Shown here: positions 9,470-19,255 of the stretch, piece after piece
Numbering within the stretch: the stretch's first letter is position 1
How the letters are laid out: the number at the start of each line of letters is the position of its first letter
Source: Deltaproteobacteria bacterium
GTDB lineage: Bacteria; Desulfobacterota; Binatia; UBA1149; CAITLU01
Direction: 5' to 3'
Length of the DNA stretch: 64,000 nucleotides
NCBI GenBank assembly: GCA_016218925.1
Contig: JACRCR010000160.1
Span: 23,677-87,676, forward strand
Program-made: the position numbers and the translations under genes
Notes under the pieces: generated by a model
The model's input: the letters and a program-made list of their open reading frames with translations, nothing else
Told to the model about the DNA's origin: nothing
Databases searched by the model: none

Positions 9470-10123
9470 TCATCGCGTTTGTTTCAAGGCCAGACGGGCC
9501 AGCGCATCGAACGCGGCCAGGCGCCGCCGGTCGGTGCGCTTGTCTTGCAGTGCCACCGAGTCAATCGCGGCCGCCTGCATCGCCAGAATCAACACGTCGA
9601 ACGCGTCGTCGAAGTGGGGCGGAGCGTTGGCGCCGTAGAGTTCTCGTGCCCGCCGCAGCAGGTTGGCCTGGTGCCGCAGCGCCATCGGTCGCAGCGCGGC
9701 TCCCAGCGCGCCGTCCGAGCGTGCCGCGAGATAGACTTCGTTGGTCATCAGGTATTCGGGAGTCGTCATCACCTTCCACAGCGCCTCAACTGAGGCGGCG
9801 GCGACGTCGTCCTTCTTTCCGGCCCGCTCGATCGAACGCCTGTAGCGCGACTCGAGATCTGCGAACACCTGCTCGATCGCCGCGACGATCAGGTCGGCCT
9901 TGGTGGGATAGTGGCGGAACAGGGCTCCCTCCGACACCTGTGCCTCGCGCGCGATCGCTGCCGTGGTGAGCCGCGCGTAGCCCGAATCGACCAGGCATCG
10001 GGCAGTGGCGGCGAGCAGCCTGCGCTGCGTCTCCACGCTGCGATCCTGCTGCGCGACGCGGCGCCGGCCGAGCGCGACCGGGGCTGTGCCGGGCGAAGAG
10101 GGACGGGGGACGGGCTTGCGCAC
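9470..10123 (-). CDS. TetR/AcrR family transcriptional regulator
   Basis: HTH LTTAAIAREAQVSEGALFRHYPTK. Confidence 0.92.
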   Translation of the reverse strand: MRKPVPRPSSPGTAPVALGRRRVAQQDRSVETQRRLLAATARCLVDSGYARLTTAAIAREAQVSEGALFRHYPTKADLIVAAIEQVFADLESRYRRSIERAGKKDDVAAASVEALWKVMTTPEYLMTNEVYLAARSDGALGAALRPMALRHQANLLRRARELYGANAPPHFDDAFDVLILAMQAAAIDSVALQDKRTDRRRLAAFDALARLALKQTR

Positions 10124-10151
10124 GCGGACTTCTTACCCGGACGGCCGGGTG

Positions 10152-10173
10152 AATGCAAGTGAGCACTCGCATT
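10152..10173. promoter_or_regulatory. Putative TetR operator (22-bp imperfect palindrome)
   Basis: AATGCAAGTG-AG-CACTCGCATT, one mismatch, ~30 bp upstream of tetR in the divergent intergenic region. Confidence 0.6.
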
Positions 10174-10405
10174 TTATCCGCTTCGCCGCGGTCGGCGCGG
10201 CCAGACGGCGCGGTGAGCCGCGCAGCGGCCGGCGCGCAGCTGTCGCGCGCGTCCGTCTCGTCTTGACGGAGCGGTGGTTCGGACGGAAGATCCGCGCCGC
10301 AACTGCGAAGAATCACCAGCATCTACCACGATTCCGCGTCAGCGCCGGCGCGCAGTAGCGCGACCCGGGCGGCACACGGAAGCCCGAACCTGTCAGGGGG
10401 CCTCG

Positions 10406-11272
10406 ATGGAACTGAAAGAAGCAATTGGTCGCCGGCGCTCGATGCGCTTTCTCGCGCCGTATCGTCCGGTGGAAAGAGAGAAGATCCAGAAGATGCTCGA
10501 AGCCGCCCGGCAGTGTTCGTTCTGGGGCAACGTCAGAGCGCTGCGGGCCACGGTGATCGAGAAAGCATCGGCGCCGCAGGAGATCCTCGACGCGATCCCG
10601 GAAGGATCGGCGCTGGGCGGATTCCAACTGCGACTGGCGCCGGTGATCATCGTCTGGTGGCTCGACTGGCACGCGATCAAGGTGCAAGGCGACCGGCTGC
10701 ACGAACTGGTGGAAGCAGGTGCTGCGGGAATCGACAAGGCCGACAGTCATCGCTACCTCGACGAGAAACTCATCCCGTTCTTCGCCGCTGCCGGCGACAG
10801 CCTGAAGACCGGCGGAATGACCGAGATGGACTGCGGTCAAGGAATCGCCCATGCCACGCTGGTGGCCTTCGAGGAAGGACTCGGCACCTGCCTGCTCGGC
10901 TTGCCGGCCCACAAGAAGCTGAAGAAAGCGCTCGGGCTTCCCGAAGACTCGAAGTTCCTGTGCGTGCAGACGGTGGGCTATCCGGCCGAGCAGCCCGAGG
11001 CCGGCGGCCAGCGCCCGCGGCTCCCGTTCGAAGAGATGTTCACGCTCAACGTCGCCGCCAACCCGTTCCCGCGTGAGCAGAAGGTCGTCGACGAACTCGT
11101 GCAAGCCAAACTGATCCAGGCGCAGGCTCCGCTGCCGTGGCGCTTCGAGGAACTCCAGTACCTCGCCAAGGCTCTCGACATCGCACCGATTTTCGGCGAG
11201 GAGTCCGACGGCATCGCGGTTGCGATGATGCAGGAGATGCAAGAGGCGATGGAGAAGGGCGGCAAGTCCTGA
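10406..11272 (+). CDS. Nitroreductase-family flavoprotein
   Basis: MELKEAIGRRRSMR FMN-binding start, DCGQGI..ATLVAFEEGLGTC, VGYPAE. Confidence 0.85.
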   Translation: MELKEAIGRRRSMRFLAPYRPVEREKIQKMLEAARQCSFWGNVRALRATVIEKASAPQEILDAIPEGSALGGFQLRLAPVIIVWWLDWHAIKVQGDRLHELVEAGAAGIDKADSHRYLDEKLIPFFAAAGDSLKTGGMTEMDCGQGIAHATLVAFEEGLGTCLLGLPAHKKLKKALGLPEDSKFLCVQTVGYPAEQPEAGGQRPRLPFEEMFTLNVAANPFPREQKVVDELVQAKLIQAQAPLPWRFEELQYLAKALDIAPIFGEESDGIAVAMMQEMQEAMEKGGKS

Positions 11273-11316
11273 TCGAGGCCGGGCAGCGAACCCAGGATCA
11301 GATAGGAGAGGCGACA

Positions 11317-12450
11317 ATGGGCGATCCGTTCCCGCGCGAGGTTTTCGTGGTCGGCGTCGGCATGACGGCGTTCGGCCGGCATGAAGGCAAGACCATCCAG
11401 GATCTGGGACCCGAGGCTGTGCGAGCGGCGCTGGCCGATGCCGGTCTCGGCTACGAGGCGATCGAGACCGCCTACTGCGGCCACGTGCTGCAAGGCTCGA
11501 CAGCGGGGCAAAGGGTGCTGTACGAGCTCGGGATGACCGGCATCCCGATCTTCAACGTGGAGAACGCGTGCGCCAGCGGCACCTCGGCGCTGCGTGCTGC
11601 GGCGCTGGCCGTCGGTCATGGAATCGCCGACGTCGCGCTGGCCTGCGGCTTCGAAGTGATGGGGCGCGGTGCCATCCCCACCGGAGGGGACGCGCGCCTG
11701 GAGCGCGGCGCCCCGGCCGGAGTCGCTCCGCTTCCCGCGCTGTTCTCGGCGGTCTTCCGCGCTCACGCCGAGCGCTACGGCACCACCCTCGAACAACTGG
11801 CCGCGGTCACCGTCAAGAACCGCGCGTACGGAGCCAAGAACCCGCGTGCCCAGTTCCACGAGGCTGTCACCCTCGACGAAGTGATGGCTTCGCGCGAGGT
11901 GGCGCCGCCGCTGCGGCTGCTCATGTGCTGCCCGACCACCTCCGGCGCCGCGGCGGTGGTGGTGGCCAGCGCCGATGTCGCGCGCGGGACCCGCAAGCCG
12001 ATCCGGATCGTGGCGTCCGTGCTGCGCTCAGACCCGGCGATCGACCGAGGGGACGCGCTGGCGGGAATCACCGAGATCAACTCCGCGGCGATGCGCGCCG
12101 CGTTCGAGCAGGCCGGCGTGCGACCCGACCAGCTCGATACCGCCGAAGTCCACGACTGCTTCTCGATTGCCGAGATCATCCACTACGAGAACCTCGGCCT
12201 GTGCGCGCGCGGCGAAGGCGGCCGCTTCGCCGAGCAGGGCATCAAAGACGCCCGCGTGAAGGTGAGCACGAGTGGCGGCCTGCTCGCCAAGGGCCATCCG
12301 CTCGGCGCCACCGGCGTCGCTCAGACCGTCGAGGCCGTCGAGCAGCTTCGCGGCGAGTCGGGCGAGCGACAGGTCCAGGGCGCGCGTCTGGCGCTGGCGC
12401 ACTGCCAGGGGTTCGGCGGCGCCGCCGGCGTGCACATCTTCGCGAAATGA
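11317..12450 (+). CDS. Thiolase family protein (SCP-x / lipid-transfer type)
   Basis: GVGMTAFG, NVENACASG, EVHDCF, KGHPLGATG; GGAG RBS before ATG 11317. Confidence 0.92.
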   Translation: MGDPFPREVFVVGVGMTAFGRHEGKTIQDLGPEAVRAALADAGLGYEAIETAYCGHVLQGSTAGQRVLYELGMTGIPIFNVENACASGTSALRAAALAVGHGIADVALACGFEVMGRGAIPTGGDARLERGAPAGVAPLPALFSAVFRAHAERYGTTLEQLAAVTVKNRAYGAKNPRAQFHEAVTLDEVMASREVAPPLRLLMCCPTTSGAAAVVVASADVARGTRKPIRIVASVLRSDPAIDRGDALAGITEINSAAMRAAFEQAGVRPDQLDTAEVHDCFSIAEIIHYENLGLCARGEGGRFAEQGIKDARVKVSTSGGLLAKGHPLGATGVAQTVEAVEQLRGESGERQVQGARLALAHCQGFGGAAGVHIFAK

Positions 12451-12549
12451 GAGAAGTCGGCGCCGGTTGCTGACCCGACCCCCGGCGGCGGTGTTCACGG
12501 CGCCGCGCCCGCTGCGGGCGCTGCCGGAGCCGATTGTGGAGAAGCTACC

Positions 12550-14148
12550 GTGACGAACGATTTCGAGACCTTCGCGCGAGTGCTCGAGCAGCAGGCGGTT
12601 GCCAAGGGCGACGAGACTTTCCTGCTGTTCGAAGGCGAATGCATCGGCTACGCCGAACTCGACCGCCGCGCCAATCGCATCGCAGCGGCACTGGCGAGGC
12701 GCGGCGTCGGGCAAGGCTCGGGCGTGGCGATCATGATGAACAACTCGCCGGCCTGGCTGGAGGTTTTCTTCGGCACGCAGAAGCTCGGCGCCTACGCGGT
12801 GCCGATCAACGTTGCACTGCGCGGCGAGGGTCTCGGCTATATCATCGACCATTCTGAAGCCGCCACGCTGGTGGTCGACGCCGACCTGCTCGATGCAGTG
12901 CTGCCGATCCGCGCCGAGCGCAGCGGTCTGAGCCGCCTGATCGTCAACACTTCCTATCTGGTGGATCCCGCCACCGCGCCGCCGGTGCCTGCCGACGCTG
13001 TCACGCTGGCCGATCTGGCGGCCGAAGGCTCACCCGAGCCTCGCGATCGCGACCTGACGCCGGGAGGCAAAGCGGTGCTGCTCTACACGTCTGGCACTAC
13101 CGGGCTTCCCAAGGCGGTGGTGGTACAGCGCGGGGGCTTCAGTTGGGCGGGCGTCACCGCTCTGGCGCAGGCCGCCTACGGTCCCGGCGAAGTTCTCTAC
13201 ACCTGCCTGCCGCTCTTCCACGCCAACGCGCTGTTCCTGAGCGTCATGCAGGCGCTGCGCTGCGCACTGCCGATCGCGATCGGACGCCGTTTCAGTGCCA
13301 GCCGTTTCTGGGATGATCTTCGCAGATACGATGCGAGCACGTTCAACGCGCTCGGAGCGATGATCCCGATCCTGCTCAAACAACCTCCCAGGCCCAGCGA
13401 CCGGCAGCACCGCGTACACGTCGTGTTCAGCGCCGCCGCGCCCAAGTGGGCGTGGGAGCAGTTCGAAGAACGGTTCGGAACCAAGATATGGGAGGCCTAC
13501 GGCGCAGTCGACGGCGGTGGGTTCATGCTCTTCAACATGGGCAACGGACCGAAGGGCTCGATGGGCGTGCCGCCGCCCGGCGTGGACGCGCGAGTCTTTC
13601 GCGAGGATGGCACCGAGGCCGAGCCCGGCGAAGTCGGCGAGCTGGTCTTCAAGGTGGACGACCCGGTGGCGCGGCGCGTGGACTACTTCAAGAACGAGAA
13701 GGCTTCGGCCGCCAAGATCCGCGACGGGTGGTTCCACACGGGCGATCTCGCCTCGCGTGACGATGAGGGGTGGTTCTACTTCGCCGACCGAGCCACCGAT
13801 TCGCTGCGCCGGCGCGGCGAGAACATCTCCTCGTTCGAGATCGAGAAGATCGTCAATCAACACCCGAGCGTTCTGGAATCGGGGGCGTACGGTGTGCCCT
13901 CCGAGCTCGGCGAAGACGACGTCATGCTCGCGGTAGTGAAGAAACCCGGCATGGAAGTCACGCCCCAGGAGCTCGTCGCGTTCTGCGAGCAGCGCATGGC
14001 CAAGTTCATGGTTCCCCGTTACATCGATTTTCGCGACTCGCTGCCCAAGACCGAGACTCACCGCGTGCAGAAGGCCAATCTCAAGAAGGAAGGCGTGACG
14101 GCGACCACCTGGGACCGGGAGAAGACCGCGCCGCCGCGTCCCGCGTAG
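12550..14148 (+). CDS. ATP-dependent acyl-CoA ligase (CaiC-like)
   Basis: YTSGTTGLPK, LPLFHANA, RFSASRFW, WFHTGDL, RRRGENISSFEIE, LPKT. Confidence 0.93.
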   Translation: MTNDFETFARVLEQQAVAKGDETFLLFEGECIGYAELDRRANRIAAALARRGVGQGSGVAIMMNNSPAWLEVFFGTQKLGAYAVPINVALRGEGLGYIIDHSEAATLVVDADLLDAVLPIRAERSGLSRLIVNTSYLVDPATAPPVPADAVTLADLAAEGSPEPRDRDLTPGGKAVLLYTSGTTGLPKAVVVQRGGFSWAGVTALAQAAYGPGEVLYTCLPLFHANALFLSVMQALRCALPIAIGRRFSASRFWDDLRRYDASTFNALGAMIPILLKQPPRPSDRQHRVHVVFSAAAPKWAWEQFEERFGTKIWEAYGAVDGGGFMLFNMGNGPKGSMGVPPPGVDARVFREDGTEAEPGEVGELVFKVDDPVARRVDYFKNEKASAAKIRDGWFHTGDLASRDDEGWFYFADRATDSLRRRGENISSFEIEKIVNQHPSVLESGAYGVPSELGEDDVMLAVVKKPGMEVTPQELVAFCEQRMAKFMVPRYIDFRDSLPKTETHRVQKANLKKEGVTATTWDREKTAPPRPA

Positions 14149-14188
14149 CCGATCGGACGCCGGTGCGCCGGCGAGCAAGGAGACCGCG

Positions 14189-15436
14189 ATGCAATATCTG
14201 GATCTGGACCTCGACCTGACCGATCGCGAACGCGAGCTTCGCGCGGCCGCGCACCAGTTTGCGGCCGACGTTCTGCGTCCGGCCGCAAAGGCACTCGATG
14301 AGATGCCCGCCGACCGGGTCGTCGAGAAGAACTCGCCGCTTTACGAGGTGCTGCGCAAAGCCTATCGGCTCGGATACCACACCATCGGTATTCCCGAAGA
14401 GCTCGGCGGGCAGGGGCTCTCGCCGCGCGAGCGCCACATAGTCTCGGAGGAACTCGCCTGGGGCTGCTCGGGGCTGGCGATCGCGATCGGGGTGGCGTCG
14501 TTCCCGTCGCTGGCCGCCGCGATGTCGGGCAACCCCGATCTGATCAAGACCTACGTCACGCCGTTCCTCAGCGACACCGAAGCCAGGATGATCGGCTGCT
14601 GGGGCGGCACCGAGCCCAACCACGGCTCCGATTTCGTCGCTCTGGGAGCGGCCGAGAACAGCAATCCGGCGATCGTTCCGGACGTGCGCGCCAGGCTGGT
14701 CGGCGACGAGTGGGTCATCAGCGGCCAGAAGTCGCAGTGGGTGAGCCTCGGCACCATCGCCACCCACACGCTCGCCTTCCTGTCGGTAGACCCGAGCAAA
14801 GGCATGTCGGGCAACGGCGTGTGCATCATTCCGCTCGAGCAACCCGGCGTTTCCAAGGGGCCCGCGCTCAACAAGCTCGGCCAGCGCCCGCTCAACCAGG
14901 GCGAGCTGTTCTTCGACGACGCGCGCGCTCCGCAAGACCACATGCTGGTGGGCCCCGAGATGTACGACATGTACGTCGACGGCATTTTGGCGATGGCCAA
15001 TGCGCTGATGAGCGCGACCTTCACCGGCGTGGCGCGCGCGGCCTTCGAGGAGGCGCTGGCCTACAGCAAGACGCGCATTCAGGGCGGCAAACCGTTGTGC
15101 GAGCATCAGCTCATCCAGCGGATGCTCTTCGAGATGTTCATGAAGGTGGAGGCGTGTCGCCGGCTCTCGCGCGCTGCCTACTGTTACAACGCGGTGACGA
15201 TGCCGCCGGCCGTCGAGTATTCGATCGCGGCGAAGGTGTTCTGCACGCAGGCGTCTTTTGACGTGGCGTCGATGGCTCTGCAGATCCACGGTGGCTACGG
15301 CCTCAGCAAGGACTACGTCGTCGAGAAGCTGTTCCGCGACGCGCGCGCGTCGCTGATCGAAGACGGTACCAACGAAGTGCTCGGACTCGCCGCCGCGCGC
15401 AAACTGGTCGAGCGCTACGGGAACGCGGTGAGCTGA
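14189..15436 (+). CDS. Acyl-CoA dehydrogenase
   Basis: EELAWG, TEPNHGSD, SGQKSQW, QIHGGYG, FRDARASLIEDGTNE. Confidence 0.93.
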   Translation: MQYLDLDLDLTDRERELRAAAHQFAADVLRPAAKALDEMPADRVVEKNSPLYEVLRKAYRLGYHTIGIPEELGGQGLSPRERHIVSEELAWGCSGLAIAIGVASFPSLAAAMSGNPDLIKTYVTPFLSDTEARMIGCWGGTEPNHGSDFVALGAAENSNPAIVPDVRARLVGDEWVISGQKSQWVSLGTIATHTLAFLSVDPSKGMSGNGVCIIPLEQPGVSKGPALNKLGQRPLNQGELFFDDARAPQDHMLVGPEMYDMYVDGILAMANALMSATFTGVARAAFEEALAYSKTRIQGGKPLCEHQLIQRMLFEMFMKVEACRRLSRAAYCYNAVTMPPAVEYSIAAKVFCTQASFDVASMALQIHGGYGLSKDYVVEKLFRDARASLIEDGTNEVLGLAAARKLVERYGNAVS

Positions 15437-15444
15437 AAGCTGGA

Positions 15445-15555
15445 GGGGTCAAGTCGCGCCTTTCGATTTGCCGTCGCGACCGGTCGGAGCTGAGAGGGTA
15501 GGGGGGTCAAGTCGCGGCTTTCGATATGTCGTCGCGACCGGTCGGAGTTGAGAGG
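15445..15555. repeat. Two tandem 53-bp imperfect repeats (period 58), REP-like
   Basis: 15445-15497 and 15503-15555, 49/53 identical; each starts GGGGTCAAGTC and contains a GTCGCG...CGCGAC inverted repeat. Confidence 0.85.
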
Positions 15556-15569
15556 AAGGCGCAGGTGCC

Positions 15570-16325
15570 ATGGGCAACGTAACGATCGAACGCGAAGGTG
15601 CGGTGGCAGTCTTGCGACTGGCCCGTGCACCGGTCAATGCGCTGGAACTCGAGTTCGCCCGCGAGTTCGAAACGGCGCTGCTCGAGCTGACGCCCGCGCA
15701 AGGGGTAGGTGCCATCGTGCTGGCGGGCAGCGGCGGTTGCTTCTCGGCAGGCCTCGATCTGAAACGGGTGCCCTTCTACAGCTTCGAACAGCAGCGCGAG
15801 ATGGTCGCGACGGCCAACCGGATTCTCGCCTGGCTCTACGGGTGTCCGCTCCCGGTGGTGGCGGCGGTGACCGGACATGCGATCGCCGGCGGTCTGATCT
15901 TCGTGCTGGCTTGCGATTATCGCGTAGGCAGCGGCGCGCCGTGCAAGATCGGTCTCACCGAGGCGCAGGTCGGGATCCCGGTCCCGGCGGTGGCGATGGA
16001 GGTGCTGCGGGCGGAGGTCGCGCCGCACGTGGCACGCGTGCTGGCGCTGCGCGCGCGCAACATCGGACCGCAGGCCGCTCTCGCGTTCGGTGTTCTCGAC
16101 GAGTTGCAGCCACCCGACCGCGTCCTGCCGGTGGCGATCGAACGGGCGCATGAAATGGCGGCGATGCCCGTGCAGGGGTACGCGAAGATCAAACGCCAGC
16201 TGCGCTCCGAAGCGTTGGCCCGGATCGAGGAAATCCTCGCGGGCGGTACCGATCCGATGCTTCGGTCGTGGGTTACAGAGGGCGCCGGAGAGGCCGCCGC
16301 CGCACTGTTGCGTGGAGCGAAGTAG
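15570..16325 (+). CDS. Enoyl-CoA hydratase/isomerase family
   Basis: PVNAL, FSAGLDL, GHAIAGG, CDYR, IGLTEAQVGI. Confidence 0.92.
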   Translation: MGNVTIEREGAVAVLRLARAPVNALELEFAREFETALLELTPAQGVGAIVLAGSGGCFSAGLDLKRVPFYSFEQQREMVATANRILAWLYGCPLPVVAAVTGHAIAGGLIFVLACDYRVGSGAPCKIGLTEAQVGIPVPAVAMEVLRAEVAPHVARVLALRARNIGPQAALAFGVLDELQPPDRVLPVAIERAHEMAAMPVQGYAKIKRQLRSEALARIEEILAGGTDPMLRSWVTEGAGEAAAALLRGAK

Positions 16326-16361
16326 CACGCCGGCCCGCGGCGGCACAGAGGAGACGAAGCG

Positions 16362-17633
16362 ATGAACGAATTCATGTTGGATGAACGTGCGCGAGCGGCG
16401 CAGGACAAGACCCGCGAGTTCGTCAAGAATGAGGTCGATCCCGAGTATCTGCGGCGCATGGATCGCGACGAGATCCGCTTTCCGCGCGAATTGTACGAGA
16501 ACTACGCCCGGCACAACCTGCTCGGGCTCAGGTTCCCGAAGCAGTACGGCGGGCAGGGAATGGACTGGGTCGCCGAATGCGCCGCGATGGGCGAGATCGG
16601 CGTGCTCGGCATGGCAGCCGGCTGCGCCTTCGTGATGCCGTCGATCGTCGGCGAGGCGCTGAACACCTTCGGCACCGAAGAGCAGAAGCAGAAGTATCTG
16701 AAGCCGATGCTCGAGGGCAGGCTGGTGTCGGCAGAGGCCCTGACCGAGCCGCGCGGTGGATCCGATTTCTTCGGTGCCAGCAGCCGCGCCGAAGACCGCG
16801 GCGACCATTTCGTCGTTCGCGGCATGAAGCGCTTCATCGTCGGAGCCGAAGGCGCGGATTTCTTCCTGGTCTACGTCCGCACCAACACCGCCGACGACGC
16901 GCCGCCGCACATGCGCATCAGCGCGATGATCATCGAGCGAGGCCCCGGCGTCGAGGTGAAGTACCTCTACGGTCTGATGGGAACCCGCGGCGGCGGCACC
17001 GGTCGCGTCGTGTTCCGCGACGTCGTGGTACCCAAGGCCAATCTGGTCGGTCCGTTGCACGGCGGGGCGCTGGTCTTCAACACCATGATGATCCCGGAGC
17101 GCCTGTGCAGCGCCGCGCCGGCGCCGGGCGGCATGCGTGCGTCGCTCGAGGTGGCGATGAACTACGCCGACCGGCGGCGCGCGTTCGGCAAGCCGATCAG
17201 GAAATACCAGGCGGTGAGTTTCATGATCGCCAAGGCGCAGACATTGCTGGACGCGAGCCACGCGATGATCTTTCAGGCGGCGCGCGCGGCCGATGTCGGT
17301 GCTCCCACGGTGCGGCGTATCGTCTCGGAGACCAAGAAGTTCGTCACCGAGGCGGCCTGGGATGTGGCCAACCTGGCGATGCAGGTGACCGGAGGCATCG
17401 GCTACACCGACGTCTATCCGATCGAGCGCGCGGTGCGCGACACGCGCCTGGCGCAGATCTGGACCGGCACCAACGAGATCATGAGCGGGATGATCCAGCA
17501 CGACCTCTACGAGGAGTTCCACGCGCAGCGCGGCCGCTATCGAGACTTCGAGCGCGACGCGATGCACCCGGACGACACCGAGAAGATCTTCGACGACGAC
17601 GACATGTGGAAGGTCTTCGACAAGCAGCAGTGA
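16362..17633 (+). CDS. Acyl-CoA dehydrogenase
   Basis: LTEPRGGSD, GMKRFI, RRAFGKPI, QVTGGIGY, IWTGTNEI. Confidence 0.93.
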   Translation: MNEFMLDERARAAQDKTREFVKNEVDPEYLRRMDRDEIRFPRELYENYARHNLLGLRFPKQYGGQGMDWVAECAAMGEIGVLGMAAGCAFVMPSIVGEALNTFGTEEQKQKYLKPMLEGRLVSAEALTEPRGGSDFFGASSRAEDRGDHFVVRGMKRFIVGAEGADFFLVYVRTNTADDAPPHMRISAMIIERGPGVEVKYLYGLMGTRGGGTGRVVFRDVVVPKANLVGPLHGGALVFNTMMIPERLCSAAPAPGGMRASLEVAMNYADRRRAFGKPIRKYQAVSFMIAKAQTLLDASHAMIFQAARAADVGAPTVRRIVSETKKFVTEAAWDVANLAMQVTGGIGYTDVYPIERAVRDTRLAQIWTGTNEIMSGMIQHDLYEEFHAQRGRYRDFERDAMHPDDTEKIFDDDDMWKVFDKQQ

Positions 17634-17686
17634 GCGAGCGCTGCCAACCCAGTGCAGGACAGAGAACCGCACACAGGGAGGCCACA

Positions 17687-18046
17687 ATGAACAAGTCAGT
17701 GATGATCGCCGCCGTCTTCGTCGCCGTCAGTGCCGGATCGGCGCTTGCCCAGCTACCGGCTGCTCCGGGCGCGGTGATGCCCTCGCCCAAGGCTGTCGTC
17801 GAGGGCGCCAAGCAAGGCGCGACCGATGCGGCCGGCGCGCAGGTTCAGGGCGCCAAAGACGCCGCCGCTGCCAAGGCCGCGGGCGCGGCGAACCAGGCCA
17901 CCGGCGGCGCTGCCGCGGCGGCAGCGGACAAGGCGGCCGCTGCGCAGCAGACGGCCGATCAGGCCAAGCAGGCAGCCGACAGCGCCAAGCAGGCCGGCCA
18001 GGCCGCAGAGGGCATGGGCAACATGATGAAAGGCGTCGGTCACTGA
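17687..18046 (+). CDS. Small secreted Ala/Gln/Lys-rich hypothetical protein (119 aa)
   Basis: GGAGG RBS; signal peptide MNKSVMIAAVFVAVSAGSALA; low-complexity helical body. Confidence 0.8.
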   Translation: MNKSVMIAAVFVAVSAGSALAQLPAAPGAVMPSPKAVVEGAKQGATDAAGAQVQGAKDAAAAKAAGAANQATGGAAAAAADKAAAAQQTADQAKQAADSAKQAGQAAEGMGNMMKGVGH

Positions 18047-18083
18047 CCGGGCCTCGTTGCTGGCGTCGCGCGGCCCTTCAGCT

Positions 18084-19100
18084 TCAACGCGACCGGCCGG
18101 ATGGCGCTTCTTGCCGCGCGTCGGCGGGTGCGTACATGCTTTCCCAACCGCGCTGCTGCCAGCCAAAACCGCCGGCGGCTTTGACGCGCTGATACTCGCG
18201 CGTGCCGTGCGCGTTCTGGAACGCCCACATCGCGCGCGCCCAGGCGGGCAGATCGGGTATCCAGAAGCGCTGTGGCAGCGGCTCGGCCGGGTGCTCGGCG
18301 CCGAGCCGCACGCGCGCCAGGATCACGCCTTCGCCTTCTTCGTGCAGCCGCCGCGCCAGCAGCGACCCGTCGGCGGCGACGATCTGCGCCTCCCCCAGAT
18401 AGTGCGAGCTGTATCGCAGGAACGGTGCTCCGGGAGTCTGGCACTCGAAATGGGCGCAATGCGCCGCGTGGATTACCGGAGCTCCGACCAGACGCGCGAA
18501 CCGCGCCGGGGTCGAACGCATGATCTCACGGTTTTGCGCGTCCCAGCCCGACCACAGTGTGCGTAGCAGCGGCGCCTGCGGCAGCGTCCACCAGCACGAC
18601 CCGCCGACGATCATGCGCGCGCGTCCGCGCAGCCGCGCGACCGTGCGTGTCCGCACCAGTTCCCAGCATACCGCCGCACCTACCGGTCCGAGCGGGCTCT
18701 GGATCAGTCCGTCATCGTGGCCGCCTATGTAGTATGCGTTCTCCCACATCGTCGGTTGGTCTTTGTCGTGCTGTCCGAGCACGCCATCGGGTCCGGCCAG
18801 GACGAAGCGGTTGGTTGCATCGCCGCCGTGAGCCGTGATGAACGATCCGCCGACCACGCCGTGGTACTCGCGTGCGAGGTCGCACAGCAGGCGGGTGGCC
18901 GGCCCGTCAGGGGGCAGCGCGACGTGGCGCAGCGCGAAGTGATAGCCCACCGGGCTGGTGAAGAACTCCGGCAGCACGACCCATTGCGCGCCGCGTCGAA
19001 ACGCTTCGCGCACCAGCAGCTCCGCGCGCGCCAGATTGCCCGCCACATCGCCCAGGCGCGCGTCCATCTGGATCGCCGCCGCGGTGATCGTCTGGTCCAT
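18084..19100 (-). CDS. Carbon-nitrogen hydrolase (nitrilase superfamily)
   Basis: AAIQM, VLPEFF (Glu), HDK (Lys), AVCWE (Cys) triad. Confidence 0.88.
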   Translation of the reverse strand: MDQTITAAAIQMDARLGDVAGNLARAELLVREAFRRGAQWVVLPEFFTSPVGYHFALRHVALPPDGPATRLLCDLAREYHGVVGGSFITAHGGDATNRFVLAGPDGVLGQHDKDQPTMWENAYYIGGHDDGLIQSPLGPVGAAVCWELVRTRTVARLRGRARMIVGGSCWWTLPQAPLLRTLWSGWDAQNREIMRSTPARFARLVGAPVIHAAHCAHFECQTPGAPFLRYSSHYLGEAQIVAADGSLLARRLHEEGEGVILARVRLGAEHPAEPLPQRFWIPDLPAWARAMWAFQNAHGTREYQRVKAAGGFGWQQRGWESMYAPADARQEAPSGRSR

Positions 19101-19255
19101 TCGAGTGGTCCCCGGCCGCTGCATAGCACGACGCTTCACGAAGGCGGAACCTCCGCGGTGCGGCGCGGCGCCGGTCGGGACGACGTCGCCGGTGTGGGCA
19201 GTGTGCCGCCGCTGCGGAGGTCGCTTCGACCCCGCTCCCGGCATAATCAATAGGT

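Noticed and set aside
15445-15555. Possible mini-CRISPR
   Set aside because: Only two 53-bp units, 5-nt gap, no spacers or cas genes
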